Part shown: in pieces, positions 37,858 to 50,470 of the stretch
Numbering within the stretch: the first letter of the stretch is position 1
Layout: the number at the start of each line of letters is the position of its first letter
Source: Haliotis rufescens
Taxonomy: Eukaryota
Assembly (NCBI RefSeq): GCF_023055435.1
Contig: NW_025963891.1
Coordinates: 11,780,001 to 11,844,000, forward strand
Direction: 5' to 3'
DNA length: 64,000 nt
The notes under the pieces: model-generated
Database searches by the model: none
Seen by the model: the letters and a program-made list of their open reading frames with translations, nothing else
What the model was told of the DNA's origin: nothing
Program-made: the position numbers and the translations under genes

Positions 37858-39252
37858 ATTTAGAGCTGAATAGTCCGTTTCATTATAGAATGAGACACTC
37901 CTCTGACAGATCCTCATATGTTTTCATAATGCATCTAGATGAAGCTGTCCTAATAACATTTCTTGGTACAATTATTCCAGGTGTAATCACTTTAATCAAA
38001 TATCGGTAAGTGAATGAGTTATATACAGTTTGGAGGCTATTCCGTTGAATATTACAAGCTTCTTAAACAGTTGATCATTGCAGAAACTTTGCCAATAATA
38101 CTATTGTTATGCACCTGCCACTGACCATCATGTAGAATTAGTCCAAGATGTTTGTGAATAGATCCGTCATTGTACTTGCTGTTAACTTCCTTGAAAATAA
38201 ACTTCATTATTTTCATCGTCTTATTAGGAAAAACATTAAAAGTTCCAAGTTTTTGCTCATTTTGCTATCAATTCTAAATCAGTATTTAAAGATGTTGTTG
38301 ATAAGTCAGGGTAATCAATAATTACATATAGAGATGTATCGTCAGTCAATTATTTGATGTTGCACTAAATAGTATTTACTATATCATTAATGAATACCAA
38401 AAATAATAATGGCCCTAAGACCGAACTGTGTGGGAATCCTGTGTTTACTGGCTTTATATTGAATTTAAAGCCATTTATAACAGTCAGCTGTTTTATGTTC
38501 GTTAAAAACTTTCAAACCATTTCAAGAGGGAACCATGCATCCCACTATGACGCAATTTACATAAAAGACACTTCTGCCAAACTGGGTGGAATGCTTTACG
38601 TATGTCACAAAATACAGCTCTTACTTCTTCACCATCGTCCTTTGCCTCAGCTATAAAATTATAACTGTAAAGAAGTAATTGGTATATCATCTAAGAAAAG
38701 AAATGACACATGTTTAAACATGCATTGCTCAAACTCTTTTCACAAACAACTTGTAAGGGAGACAGGTAAATAATTAGAAACATCATGAACAGTCTTCTCT
38801 GTATGTACTGGAACCACTGGGGAACATTTCTATATATCTGGAAAATGCGAAGTTGATTAAGAAGAATTAAAGAAATTATATAAATGAACTAATAATTGTT
38901 CTGATAAATACCTTTGAACACGATTACTAATGTTATCTATCCCTGTTGCTTTGGAAATATTGAGAGATAATAAAATTTTCCATACTTCAGATTTGTGGAA
39001 GCTTATACTTTGAAGGCAATAGTCAACGTTTTCAAATGTATCATCATCTGGAATTTCATCATTGGGATTATCAACAGTTGCAATGCCTACAAAGTAGTTT
39101 TTGAATATATTTGCTTTATCAATATCATCTTTTTACCCAACATCATTTTCTTCTATGTGAAAAAAAAATGTTTTCGTTCTATTGTCTGTTGACGATAATA
39201 CTTCTTAATACGCCACCGTGATTTGCCTCATACCAAAATACGTTGAAAGATG

Positions 39253-39253
<1 letters not shown>

Positions 39254-39297
<44 letters not shown>
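39254..39297. repeat. (CA)n microsatellite
   Basis: Seen directly. Confidence 0.95.
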
Positions 39298-39300
<3 letters not shown>

Positions 39301-40379
39301 ATGCACGTCGCTATGTAAGTGCAATAATCTTGAACGCGACGTTGAACCCCATTGCACCTCACCTCTTATCTGTGCCAACTTGTATTTCCTTAACTGAAAT
39401 GAAATATTTTGTATTTTTTTCCCAATCAGCAGGTGGATTTCTACGTTCGGGTTTTAATGAGTAATAGTATCTAGTAAGTTCATTGCAGTTGTATTGATAT
39501 CTCCATCATTTATAATAGAATTCGAACTGTCTTTAAACAAACATGTTTACAATATAAACATAATCTTTCTTCGTACAATATATTTCCCATCGTCCAGACT
39601 CAAATACTAAATCATGATCTCCGCAACGGAATTTACCTAAGAATTTCTTAAATAAAGGACTCTTATTATTCACTGTTCTGGTTGTAGCACATTTTTACTG
39701 TTTTTTTCCTGAAATATAGGAATACGCTTCCTTCATCTAATTTGTAGATTTTAGAGAGATGTTAACTGAACAGTGGTCACAACAAATAGGCGGACAAACA
39801 CCAGAGGAACATACAAGGTCGGGACAGGACACAAAGTTTAGTGTATTAGTGTACTCGAATAACGAGTAAAGCATGTGTTCTGTTTAGTAATTTACATTAA
39901 AATCTCCCAGTACAATAGTGTTGATGTTAGTATCAGTAGCTAATGCAATGGATTGATCAATCAAATCCCAATAATCCGGACTTGTGTATGTGCTATGAAA
40001 TGTACCAACAAGATATGTTGTATTCTTACATGTAATTTGTGCCGACACTGCCCTAGGAAGCTCTATGTCACCCCGATGTTTATCATGAAATGTTTCTTTA
40101 ACTTTAATAAAGACCCCATCGCCCCATGTTTGTCTATCTTTTCTTTCTGGAGGATGAAAACCAGGAATGTGTACTTCATGATCTAAAATACTAGAGTGCA
40201 GCCATGTCTCAGACATGCATATGACATCATATTCGTGTAAATCAGATCAAAACAACTGAATAAAGGAACTATGACGGACATATTATAGAAACTGAATCTG
40301 TTTATAAATATCTCGGTATCCATTTCACACCTACACTGAGTTGGGGAAACTTGTCTACACTTATCACAAGAAGCTAAGA

Positions 40380-41350
40380 AAGCCATATTTTGTCTGTTAA
40401 GGTTTGTTAAACGTTATAAGCTCAATGTAAATACATCAATGTTGTTCTTCGACAGAGTAGTCGGTAGCCTGGTGGTTATAGCGTTCGCTCGTCACGCCGA
40501 AGACCCGGGTTCGATTCCGGACATGGGTACAATGTGTGAAGCCTATTTCTGGTGTCCCCCGCCGTGATATTGCTGGAATATTGCTAAAAGCGGCGTAAAA
40601 CCATACTCACTCACTTCGACAGAATAATCGCACCAATCTTAATCTATGCCTCTGAAGTTTGGGGATCTCAACACTTAACGTGTTTTGAAAGGGTACAGAT
40701 ATATTTTTGTAAATAAATTTTAGGCTTGACGCTGCACTCGGTGAATAGGCAAGGTATCCGTAACATCTACTGTATGTTATGAAATGTATATTCTACTGGA
40801 TAAAATTATTGTCCATGCTATAGGAACCCCAGGATTTGTTATAATATGTTGTTTTCACTGGATAATGACGGAAGGCAAATATGGGTTGGATTTGTTAGGA
40901 ATATTTTGTTTAAACAAGGGTATGGATTAGTTTGGTTAAACCGAGGTGTGGAAGCCCGCAATATTTCTTTTTCTCAAAGATTGAAAGTTGTATCACGTCA
41001 AATTTAAGATTTTGGAAACAGTGTAAATATATGCTACAAACAGAACAGTATCTAATGAATAATACGAGCATAAGTAAATTCCGTTGTGGAAATCACAATT
41101 TACGTATTTGAGTCTGGACGATGGGAAAATATTTTGTACGAAGATTGATTATGATTATATTGTAAACATGTTTGTTAAAAGAAAGTAATCGAAAATGAAG
41201 AATTTTTTTCTGTTGATCTGTGCTTTGTATATATATGAGAATCTGAGTGGTAAGTATTTTTTGCGTTGTGAATTTTAACGTTATCAGTATCATGAAACTT
41301 TGTGACAACCAACATGCATTTAAACTAGGTGCATACATATTTTATGATTT
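40380..41350 (+). mobile_element. Highly degenerate LINE RT/C-terminal fragment
   Basis: IIAPILIYASEVWG and SKFRCGNHNL remnants are homologous to the 1363 ORF; interrupted by a SINE. Confidence 0.6.
40457..40614 (+). mobile_element. tRNA-derived SINE (family 1) with TSD
   Basis: Direct repeat TTCGACAGA on both sides. Confidence 0.92.
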
Positions 41351-41953
41351 CAATGTGAGAAGACAATATCCTCCACAAGTTATTAGAAATAGAAAAGAAC
41401 AACAAACATTTGCATTCTCCTTTAATCCCATCCACCTTGCTTGCAAAAACCTATACTTAAAGAGATCTGTATGTAATCCATACATCAGATTAATGTTCAT
41501 TCATTAAAATATTGACGGGTGTGGGTAATTGTCCCTCTATTGATAGGGAATTGTGGGGAAATGTTTGTGTAGGGAGGTGTCCGACACATTATGAATGACA
41601 AACGCATTGAATTAAAAATAAGGTCGTTTGTTCATTTCATTGAGTAACAAATAGGCGGAAACATAATGAAGTGATAAAGTCTTTGCGTGGGAACGTACCG
41701 GCATTTACGTCATAAAGAAAGAACGGAGGTCTTTCTTTTTACACAAATAATTCAACGCTAACGAAGAGCCAAAGCGCAAATACAACCAACTACACCAGAG
41801 GCGGTTAAATGTGGAGATGGCGTGGGTTCAAACTTGAAGCACATGGTGACCGAATTCATGTTCACATGGTGTTTCAGCTACATGTGTTTGGCTAAAATTG
41901 TTCGTCGTAAACAATAGACTTAATAACAACGGAATTATTTATGGCAGTATATA

Positions 41954-43388
41954 TACTGAACAACAAACGTTCCTGTGACATTAAATAAGATTTAATGCAA
42001 AAGTATGTTTTTTACCAAATCTGAAGCAATTTCGCTTTGAAACAGATAAAAACTGACTTCAGAAAATGCGTGATTTCATAAAAAAAGATGAATATGCCAA
42101 AATGTCATTTTACAAATCAATAGCGTGTGTGTCCACCCCTGGTTGCGATGCAAGCAACATATCTTCGTCTAATGGAATTGACCAGACGTCGCACAAAGTC
42201 CTGTGGGATATCTGTCCATATCTGCTGGAGCATGTTTCGAAGTTCCTGGAGTGTCTGTGGAACACGTGTTTGGCGTCGATCCATCTCATCCCACATGTGC
42301 TCGATTGGTGAGAGATCAGGGGAGCGAGCCGGCCAGGCGATGACATTCACGTTGTTTTGTTGAAGAGAACCCTGAACAAGTTGAGCAATATGAGGCCGGG
42401 CGTTGTCATGTTGAAAGGTAATGCCTGGGCCATGACCACGCAAAATTGGTAGAACAACAGGGCCGATGATCTCGTCGCGGTAGCGCTGTCCATTGAGATT
42501 TACCACTATCAAACGGGTCCCCTGTCTTGCTGTAATCCCAACCCAGACCATACCGCTGCCGCCCCCGAACCGATGTTCTTCCATGACACAATGATTAACG
42601 TAACGTTCATCTCGACGACGGTACACTCGAATCCGTCCATCGCTGTGGCAGAGGTGAAAACGAGACTCGTCAATTAATAGAACTTGTCCCCACTGCATGA
42701 CCGTCAAGCGTAGACGCTGTCTGCACCACTGTAGACGTGCTGGACGGTGGTTTCCTGTCAAAATGGGACGTCTGGCGAGTCTTTTGGCGACAATCCCTGC
42801 ACATCTGAGGCGACGACGTACGGTTTGTGAAGATATTCGCCGAAGGCCAGGGATGCTTCTTGCAGTCACTGTTGCTGGCTGGAATCGATTTCGTAGGTGT
42901 GTTGTTCGAATCCAGTTGTCTTGCCGATTATTGGTGACGCGTGGCCTGCATTCGTCTGTTGCCAACGTTGTCATGAACACCAAATGGCGTCGTTCTGGAC
43001 GTTAAATTGTCTTGCAACATCACGTTGACTCGACCCTGCTTCAAGCATACCAATGGCTCGCATACGCTCATTTTCGGACAGGCGTGGCATTTCGTAATGT
43101 TGAATAATTGCGTAATTTTGTTGTTTTTCTGAGTGGTTGTTGTCAGCACGATGCTACACAATGCATATGAAATCCCGTTAACGCACATGTTATTATACCC
43201 ATTCTTGGGTAGTGAAATGCATGGGGCTTGCATAAAAGTAATCTTTTGCATGGAATGCATGCATTTCTGTAGCAGTTGCGTTTTTGTGACTTGATTCCAT
43301 ACGTGTACTACAATATTGAAAACCAAACTTTACTTGTTTGAAAAATACACTAAAATATTGGTGTCACAGGGACTTTTGTTGTTGAGTA
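41954..43388 (-). mobile_element. Near-complete Tc1 (DD34E) transposon with frameshifted transposase
   Basis: TIRs TACT(G/C)AACAACAAA..CCTGTGACA flanked by TA. ATG at 43090 (MPRLSENERMRAIGML) is in a different frame from 42117-42983, which has IDESRF, HDNARPH and SPDLSPIE (D-34-E). Confidence 0.93.
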
Positions 43389-43410
43389 TATATACTAAAT
43401 ACATAAATAG

Positions 43411-43600
43411 CCCGTGAAGATCTGGGGTACAATATGTCTTCAGCAACCCATACTTGCCGTGAAAGGCGAGTTTGCTTGTCGTAAGAGGCGGGATTGGGTC
43501 ATCGTATCCCATTTGCGTGGATCGATGCTCCAGACTCGACTATTTACAGACCGCAGTCATATAGCTGGAATATTGCTGAGTGCGAAGTTAATAAACATGA
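43411..43600 (+). mobile_element. Family-2 retroposon, internally deleted
   Basis: Head and tail match the family. Confidence 0.8.
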
Positions 43601-43684
43601 AACTGAAACAAATACGTAGATAATTTCCTGACGTTTGTTGTTAATCGGACAAAATCATCAGAGGGAGGCACGCTCTGTTTCATT

Positions 43685-44420
43685 AAGATAAGAATGATTT
43701 CATATTGGTGCAAGCTAACATCATCACAAACTAGCCTTTCTAGTATAGTATATAAACTTATGTTTCAAATGTCCATTGCAAATCCAAATTATCATTTCCC
43801 ACTATTAAAAGAAGTAAAATGCATTCTTCAAAATATAGGCTTTAATTACATTTGGCTGTCTCAAACCTTTATTAGTGCCGCATGGTTGAAACAAAATGTG
43901 AAACATGTTCTCATTGATAATTTTCTGCAAAGATGGCGTGAATCAAAGGAAAATTCATCTAAAGGTTACTATTATAACATGTTTAAAGAGTTACCATCTC
44001 TAGAACCTTATTTACTAGAACTACCAATCACCTTACGCATCTCTCTTGCTCGTTTTAGAACAGCAAATCATAGATTACCCATTGAAACAGGAAGATGGTA
44101 TAATATTGTGAGAGAGGAAAGAAAATGTACATTGTGTAAAAATTTTATATGTGATGAAATGCACTTTTTATTAGAATGTCCAAAACTCTCAGAAATTAGA
44201 AACAAGTTTTTGCCTCAATACTACTGTATGTATCCTTCTGCCGTAAAATTCTCTCATTTGATGTCCATTACTTATAAGCCAACTCTATTAAAACTGGCAA
44301 GTTATATAAGATCATGTATGGAAATGTTCCACTGACATGTTTTCTTCATTGTATCTTATTCCTGTGTCCAATTAAATCTCTGTATCACTGCCGTGATTTA
44401 CGAGAATAAACATCATTCAT
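43685..44420 (+). mobile_element. 3' fragment of an RTE-X-like LINE
   Basis: ORF 43694-44335 with RFRTANHRLPIETGRW..CTLC..DEMHFLLECP; AATAAA plus (CATT)n tail. Confidence 0.88.
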
Positions 44421-46535
44421 TCTAGACCGGTTTTCCTGTCCTAAAGCTCTTGCGCTCCTCGCCTGCAGCCGCTAGGAGGCGAAGGGCAGAGTACCAGACC
44501 AGCTCTGTCCGACCATTTCGCTGCGGTGAAACGTTGACTCATTTACGTGTCGCGGGTCTACAGACCTATTACATAGCGCTACGCTATGTTGACCCGAAAA
44601 TGTAACTGAAATACAATGAAACCAATACTTTGAAAAGATTAATTTTAAAAAAACCATATAAAAAACTTTACCACAATTGATTTCTCAATGTCAACATTAT
44701 CATGTATACCACAATGATTGTGTCAACTTAATATCCTTTATTCCTTGTAAAGTCATTGTTGTGAAAATATATTACTAGTTTTGTTTTCATAATATGTTTG
44801 TTTGCTCATTTATGTTATATAAATATTTCAGCTGAAAGGCGTCATGTTCTCATTTCTGAAGGTACCAAATTCAAGTTACAATTTGTTTTACCTCCTGGGT
44901 TACACGTGTGCGCTTTATGACAGTTTTGGTACTTGTATTAATACCTAGGTATGCTACAAAACATCTGCGATGTGTTGATCCTTCAGATAAATGTTACCTT
45001 GGTCCATAATTGGCAGCAAAAGGCGAGGGGGCGATAATCCCTAGCCGTCTCCACGAGCATCACACGTAACCACGGCTCCTGGTCAAACCTACTCGTTACA
45101 TGAACCAAGAAAGGCACTCGTAGAGGTGGCTAAGAATCGAAGCTACCTCGCCTCCTTACATTTGGACTTGAGTAAGAGTATATATACAACAAAGTATCCG
45201 GAAAACCTACTTAAAGGTGTGCTAAGTTAAGGTAATGCGTTAGATGCACCTTGTATGCGTTTTATCCTGAAAATTTACTAACGTCATACATCAAATTTTA
45301 AAAATATTTATGGTTTTATTAACTGATATTATTATGATTTAATGAAGGAAGTATGTTAAAACTGTCTCAAAGGCAGCTGTAATTTGCTCGTAGTCGGATA
45401 GCTGATACACATCCAGCATGCCTCAAACCACAGTTACCTCCCCTATGTACCAGGAAGGACAATGACAGGATTTTTATAACATCATCATTCGTTTCCGACT
45501 CGTGCACCTCACGAAAGTCGTCACAAGTATAACAATTTTAATATTCAAACCGTATGGGGATTCCCAAGTTGTTTCTGGCAAGACAAGGGAACAAAACCGT
45601 AAAACTGAAATCCTTGCCTTATCTCTCTTTTGTTTACATGATCCCTGTCATCACTCATTAACAATGATCCTTTCTCCCTCAACAGAAGACGACCATGACC
45701 ACCTATGGGCTAACCACTCTCCCCCTCACAATTTATGACGTTTTCAGAGAATAGTCTAGCTCTCTTTTAATATTCAATTATTGCCATGAAATCTATATAA
45801 ATTACTCATTTAGTTATGAAATCTATTTACATTTTATCATACATTATTTACATAACTTCATATAATATTGATTCAACATACAACTAATAAAACCCATTTG
45901 TAACAGAAAATCACCATTATTTGGACATAATGGACGCACACACATATATTGGGCTGGCAATGCAAAAATCAGTGTGCATGTGAACGTTGATCAAATACAA
46001 TATGGTATATCGTTTTGATTCACATGGATTCACAAAAATACATTGACGTACAGCATAAGTATAGTGTCCATATAAACCTTACATCAGGTGTTCATAAATA
46101 GGGTAAGCATGTCCTACTCTACTGGTATCCCTCCTCATACACACAACCTATGTGAATACTCGTAGTTACAGCCAATGACAGGTTTTCATGAACTCATTTT
46201 AAGATGTATGAATATTTAGATTTTGCAGATTAAAGAACAGACTCACATGTATCACGTAACTGGGTTGAAGTCAACTGCCTCTTTTTCCTTCGATCTTTAT
46301 GTGGTGTTATATCCATTTTCCTCTTTGCATTTTTTTCTATAGCACATAATTGGTTAGCAATCATTTGAGATTCTGGCCCAAAGTTGTTCTCTCCTTCACC
46401 AGTTGCTGTATGACAGGAAGGTAGGCAAGTCTGCCTCATGAGCTCCAACAGATTCCAGGTACTCCATCTTGAACTGACCGATCTCAGCAAGTCTTCCCAC
46501 AGCTAATGCAGGGGTTAACTGATTTTCGGGGTTAG

Positions 46536-46796
46536 GTTGGTTGGTTGGTTTGTTGTTTTACGCCGCACTCAGCAATATTGATTATTCCAGTTATATGAGG
46601 GCGGTCTGTAAATAATCAAGTCTGGGCCAGACAATCTAGTGATTAATATCATGAGCATCGATCCACGCAAATGGGGTCGATGACATGCTTCAACCAATTC
46701 AGCGTGCCTGATCACTCGATCCTGTTTGTCGCCTCTTACGACAAGCATAGTCGCCTTTTACGGCAAACATGGGTTGCTGAAGACCTATTCTAACCG
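46536..46796 (-). mobile_element. Family-2 retroposon with TSD CGGGGTTAGG
   Basis: Family match and a direct repeat on both flanks. Confidence 0.88.
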
Positions 46797-47324
46797 CGGG
46801 TTAGGCAATTGCATCTGACCACAAACATTTTCTTCAGGATTTCTCCTTGCTGTCATTGTTATTGTTCTAACTTGCTCAAAAGTTAACTTACTAAGGGTTT
46901 TCTTTTTATGGCAATACAATGTCTTCACCAGATCCTGTTACAAAATTCAGTTGAAACTTTCCAGCTTGGTCTTGGCGTCCCACTGGCTTTCTAAACCTTT
47001 CTGTTCCTAATAACGTCTCTAGCAGTTTGTCATTGGATATGCCATAGAATTGTGGAACAAAATCATTTCCACCGCAACAGAGCATTACTGCAATTTTCAT
47101 TCCAACGTGTCTGTCATTGTATGTCTTCTCCAAGATTTTTAACATTACAGTAATGTTAATGTCATAGATGCGATTTTGATTTTGAAGAATGACATAGACA
47201 GTATTTTTGAAAAGGTTGTTTTCCAAACGAGGCCAATAGAGGGAAACAGCAAAAGGTGCATGTGGATGGGCACTGCATCGATGTCTCCAGATTTTACGAA
47301 ACGGGCAACTGCATCTAAGACTGT

Positions 47325-47593
47325 TTTGTTTGTTTGTTTATTGTTTAACGCCGCACTCAGCAATATTCCAGCTATATGACGGCGGTCTGTAACTAATCGA
47401 GTCTGGACCAGACAATCCAGTGATTAATATCATGAGCATCGATCCACGCAATTGGGATCGATGACATGCATCAACCAAGTCAGCGAGCCTGACCACCCGA
47501 TCCCGTTAGTCGCCTTTTACGACAAGCATAGTCGCCTTTTACGGCAAGCATGGGTTGCTGAAGACCTATTCTACCCCGGAATCTTCACGGGTC
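47325..47593 (-). mobile_element. Family-2 retroposon, full length, 11-bp TSD
   Basis: TCTAAGACTGT at 47314-47324 and 47594-47604. Confidence 0.93.
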
Positions 47594-49371
47594 TCTAAGA
47601 CTGTGATTCACCTGATAGTTCAGTAGCTAGTCAACCTGCGTCTTTGCTGCTTCCCCGTTTCTTTGACGGATACCGATTTGTCTGGTAATGTGAGGAGTGT
47701 CTTTGTCATTCCGAAATTGTCACCATATGGGGGTGGAATGAGTAACACAAGAACATGCTCCAGAAAAAGGACACTTGGACATGTGAAGCTCACTGTCAAT
47801 GTCAACTACAATTAATATTTGCTCCTAGTTGTATTAGCTTAACATTGTCAATCCTTTGCTTATCCACCACTGTGGTACTGAATAGATTGTCTTTACAACT
47901 GAAGTTCTTGACAAGAAATTCTCCAACACATCAAGTATGTCCGATGAGAGTGCTGTTTTGGGATTCGTGTAGGCATTGAAAGGAACAATAGACCATCCAA
48001 AGAAAGTGAACCACAGCGCAAAATAACATCTGTTACAGGTATAATATGCATAATGAATCTGAATCTCTTTTTGATCCATGTCCTGACTTTGTTGTTGACG
48101 TCTTTTCTGTCCATCCTCATGTGTCTGATTGAAGGAATCAGTCAATGCCATTCGGCGAGAGGCCGACTCTATGCTGGATCCAGCTGCCAACCCCTTGATT
48201 TCATCTTTGTGGTCCATTTCACAGGCAAAGTTGACATTACATGTTCCAACTGAAGATGTTTCCTTCATTCTCTGATAAAATGGACCAGCATTGTAATGCT
48301 CTGCAAGCAGTCTTGTGCAGAATGGTGCATACGAGCTGGCTCCATTGATAAATGAAACGACAAGTGATGATTTCACTGCAGCTAAGAGGAGGTCACATCA
48401 ATTCGTTCCACCAAACCGTTCTGATTGACAAACAGCAACAACTTCATGACAATGGGACATCATGTCATAGTGCAGAGAAAATGTTGCATTAGATGATTTT
48501 CTTCTTTGATGATTGAAGTGTCCTATGTTAATCGATAAATTGTAAATATTGTAAATTCTTATTATTGTTATTAATTACACGAACATAACATTCATATTCA
48601 ATATGCTATTGTATTATATCATCATTGTAAATATAATTCATAACTATTGTCTATTTTACTGTAAAAACATTAATATGTCATTGTAAATATTTATCGTTTG
48701 GTATGACTTTCTACAGATTTCGTTCTGTGTATGAATTCGTCATTATGATTTAACAGTTCTTTTACATTTCAGTTGATTGATAACTACATTTTCCTTATGT
48801 ATCTACCTCATTTATCGCTCAGTTCTTACCTTTATTTACAGTTCAGTTTTCTGTAGAATGTATCTTCTTTGCTGTGTTCCATTTCCCGCCATTTTACTCA
48901 CAGTCTGAGTTGACTTTTAGTTTCGTATCTCGCATTTAGGTTATTCAGTAACTTCAACCCAATTTATTATCGTCTTAATATTGGTTTTAATTATTCTTTT
49001 AGAGACTTAGTTCAATTAGGCTTGTATTGCTTTATATTTTGCTATATTTATTGTACCTTGTTTCGAATGAGTTCGTTGATGACGTCACTCATCAAAGGTG
49101 ACAGTTGTAATCAGTTGAAGATTTGTTTTTCATCACGATCAGACGTTGATTTTACGGCTTCAGACACTTACTTATATTTTAGTTTAATTCAAATATGACT
49201 CCCTGTGATTGAGACATGATGTAAGAAAATGAATTGACCCAGTTGAATAAAGTCATACGCTAAGCTCCTGAAGCACAAGCTGTTTATACAGACACACGCA
49301 GTCACAATCTCAAACGTGCTGGAAACCTGATAGCGTGTTTAAATTTAGTGTGGAACGTGGCCCCAGCTAAG

Positions 49372-49515
49372 ATGGCGAACATTCAGTTGTATCACTTCCC
49401 GGGAAGCCCGGCATGTCGTTCTGTCCGCATGACAGCCAAGGCTCTTGGTGTACCTCTGGAATTGAAACAACTCAACTACCACAACAAAGACCATCTTAGC
49501 CCAGAGTTTACAAAG
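49372..49515 (+). CDS. Glutathione S-transferase 1 (Delta/Epsilon/Theta-like), exon 1
   Basis: MANIQLYHFPGSPACRSVRMTAKALGV...HLSPEFTK, then GTTAGT donor; catalytic Ser position present. Confidence 0.95.
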
Positions 49516-49733
49516 GTTAGTTCCCCACAGAGACCCGGGTTGGGTCCCCATCACCCCAGTGCTGGTCGTGAAAAGGAAACTATCAGATTGTGTGGCCACG
49601 CACTCAAAAGTATCAGTCAAGGCTAAAAAAGGACCAGATGACCAGGTGACATGCCTCGATGGCGGACACCGTTGTCCATACTATCAGTCCCTGGTTTTCT
49701 AGTCCAGGCCGTGATTACCTCAAAATATTACTG

Positions 49734-50008
49734 TTGTTGTTGTTGTTGTTGGTTTGTTGTTTAATGCCGCACTCTGCAATATTCCAGCTATATGACGGCG
49801 GTCTGTAAATAATCGAGTCTGGACCAGACAATCCAGTGATTGATATCATGAGCATCGATCCACGCAATTGGGACCGATGACATGCATCACCCAAGTCAGC
49901 GAGCCTGACCACCCGATCCCGTTAGCCGCCTTTTACGACAAGCATAGTCACCTTTTACGGCAAGCATTGGTTACTGAAGACCTATTCTACCCCGGAATCT
50001 TCACGGGT
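49734..50008 (-). mobile_element. Family-2 retroposon, full length, 13-bp TSD
   Basis: CAAAATATTACTG at 49721-49733 and 50009-50021. Confidence 0.93.
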
Positions 50009-50211
50009 CAAAATATTACTGATTGCGGCTGTAACCAATATTCAGTTTATCACTTCAGTGACATATTGCGCCTCAACCGCTGAACTTACCAACTGCTATT
50101 GCTATATTTGCTTACTTAAGTTTCCTTTGCATGTCTTTGTGTCGAAGGCCACCGGAGGGGCAGGATACGCTCACCTTTTCGCCTACTCCAGGTATCATTG
50201 CTATTTGATAG

Positions 50212-50470
50212 TTTTGTTTGTTTATTTGTTGTTTGACGCCGCAGTCAGCACTATCACAGCTATATGGCGGCGGTTTGTAAATAATCTGAGTCTTGACCAG
50301 ACAATCCAGTGATTGACATCATGAACATCGATCCACGCAATTCGGATATGATGACATGCATCAACCAAGTCAGCGAGTCTGACCACTCGATCCCGTCAGT
50401 CGCCTCTTACGACAAGCATAGTCGCCTAATACGATAAGCATGGATTGCCGAAGACCTATTCTGCCCCGGT
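50212..50470 (-). mobile_element. Family-2 retroposon
   Basis: Family match. Confidence 0.88.

Larger units (their letters stand above)
36130..40230 (-). mobile_element. Decayed CR1-like LINE (APE plus RT) interrupted by later insertions
   Basis: SETWL..GDFN endonuclease (39884-40216), VRAVFCDIRKAF RT motif (38502-38690) and C-terminal pieces (36315-36688); many stops. Confidence 0.8.
44423..48520 (-). mobile_element. Decayed large DNA transposon, Academ-like
   Basis: Broken ORF pieces with SGDIDAVPIH and CGGNDFVPQFYGIS (XPG/FEN1 H3TH-like); putative TAG terminus at 44423. Boundaries approximate. Confidence 0.5.

Noticed and set aside
42117-42983. Active Tc1 transposase
   Set aside because: The N-terminal HTH region (ATG 43090) is out of frame with the catalytic domain.
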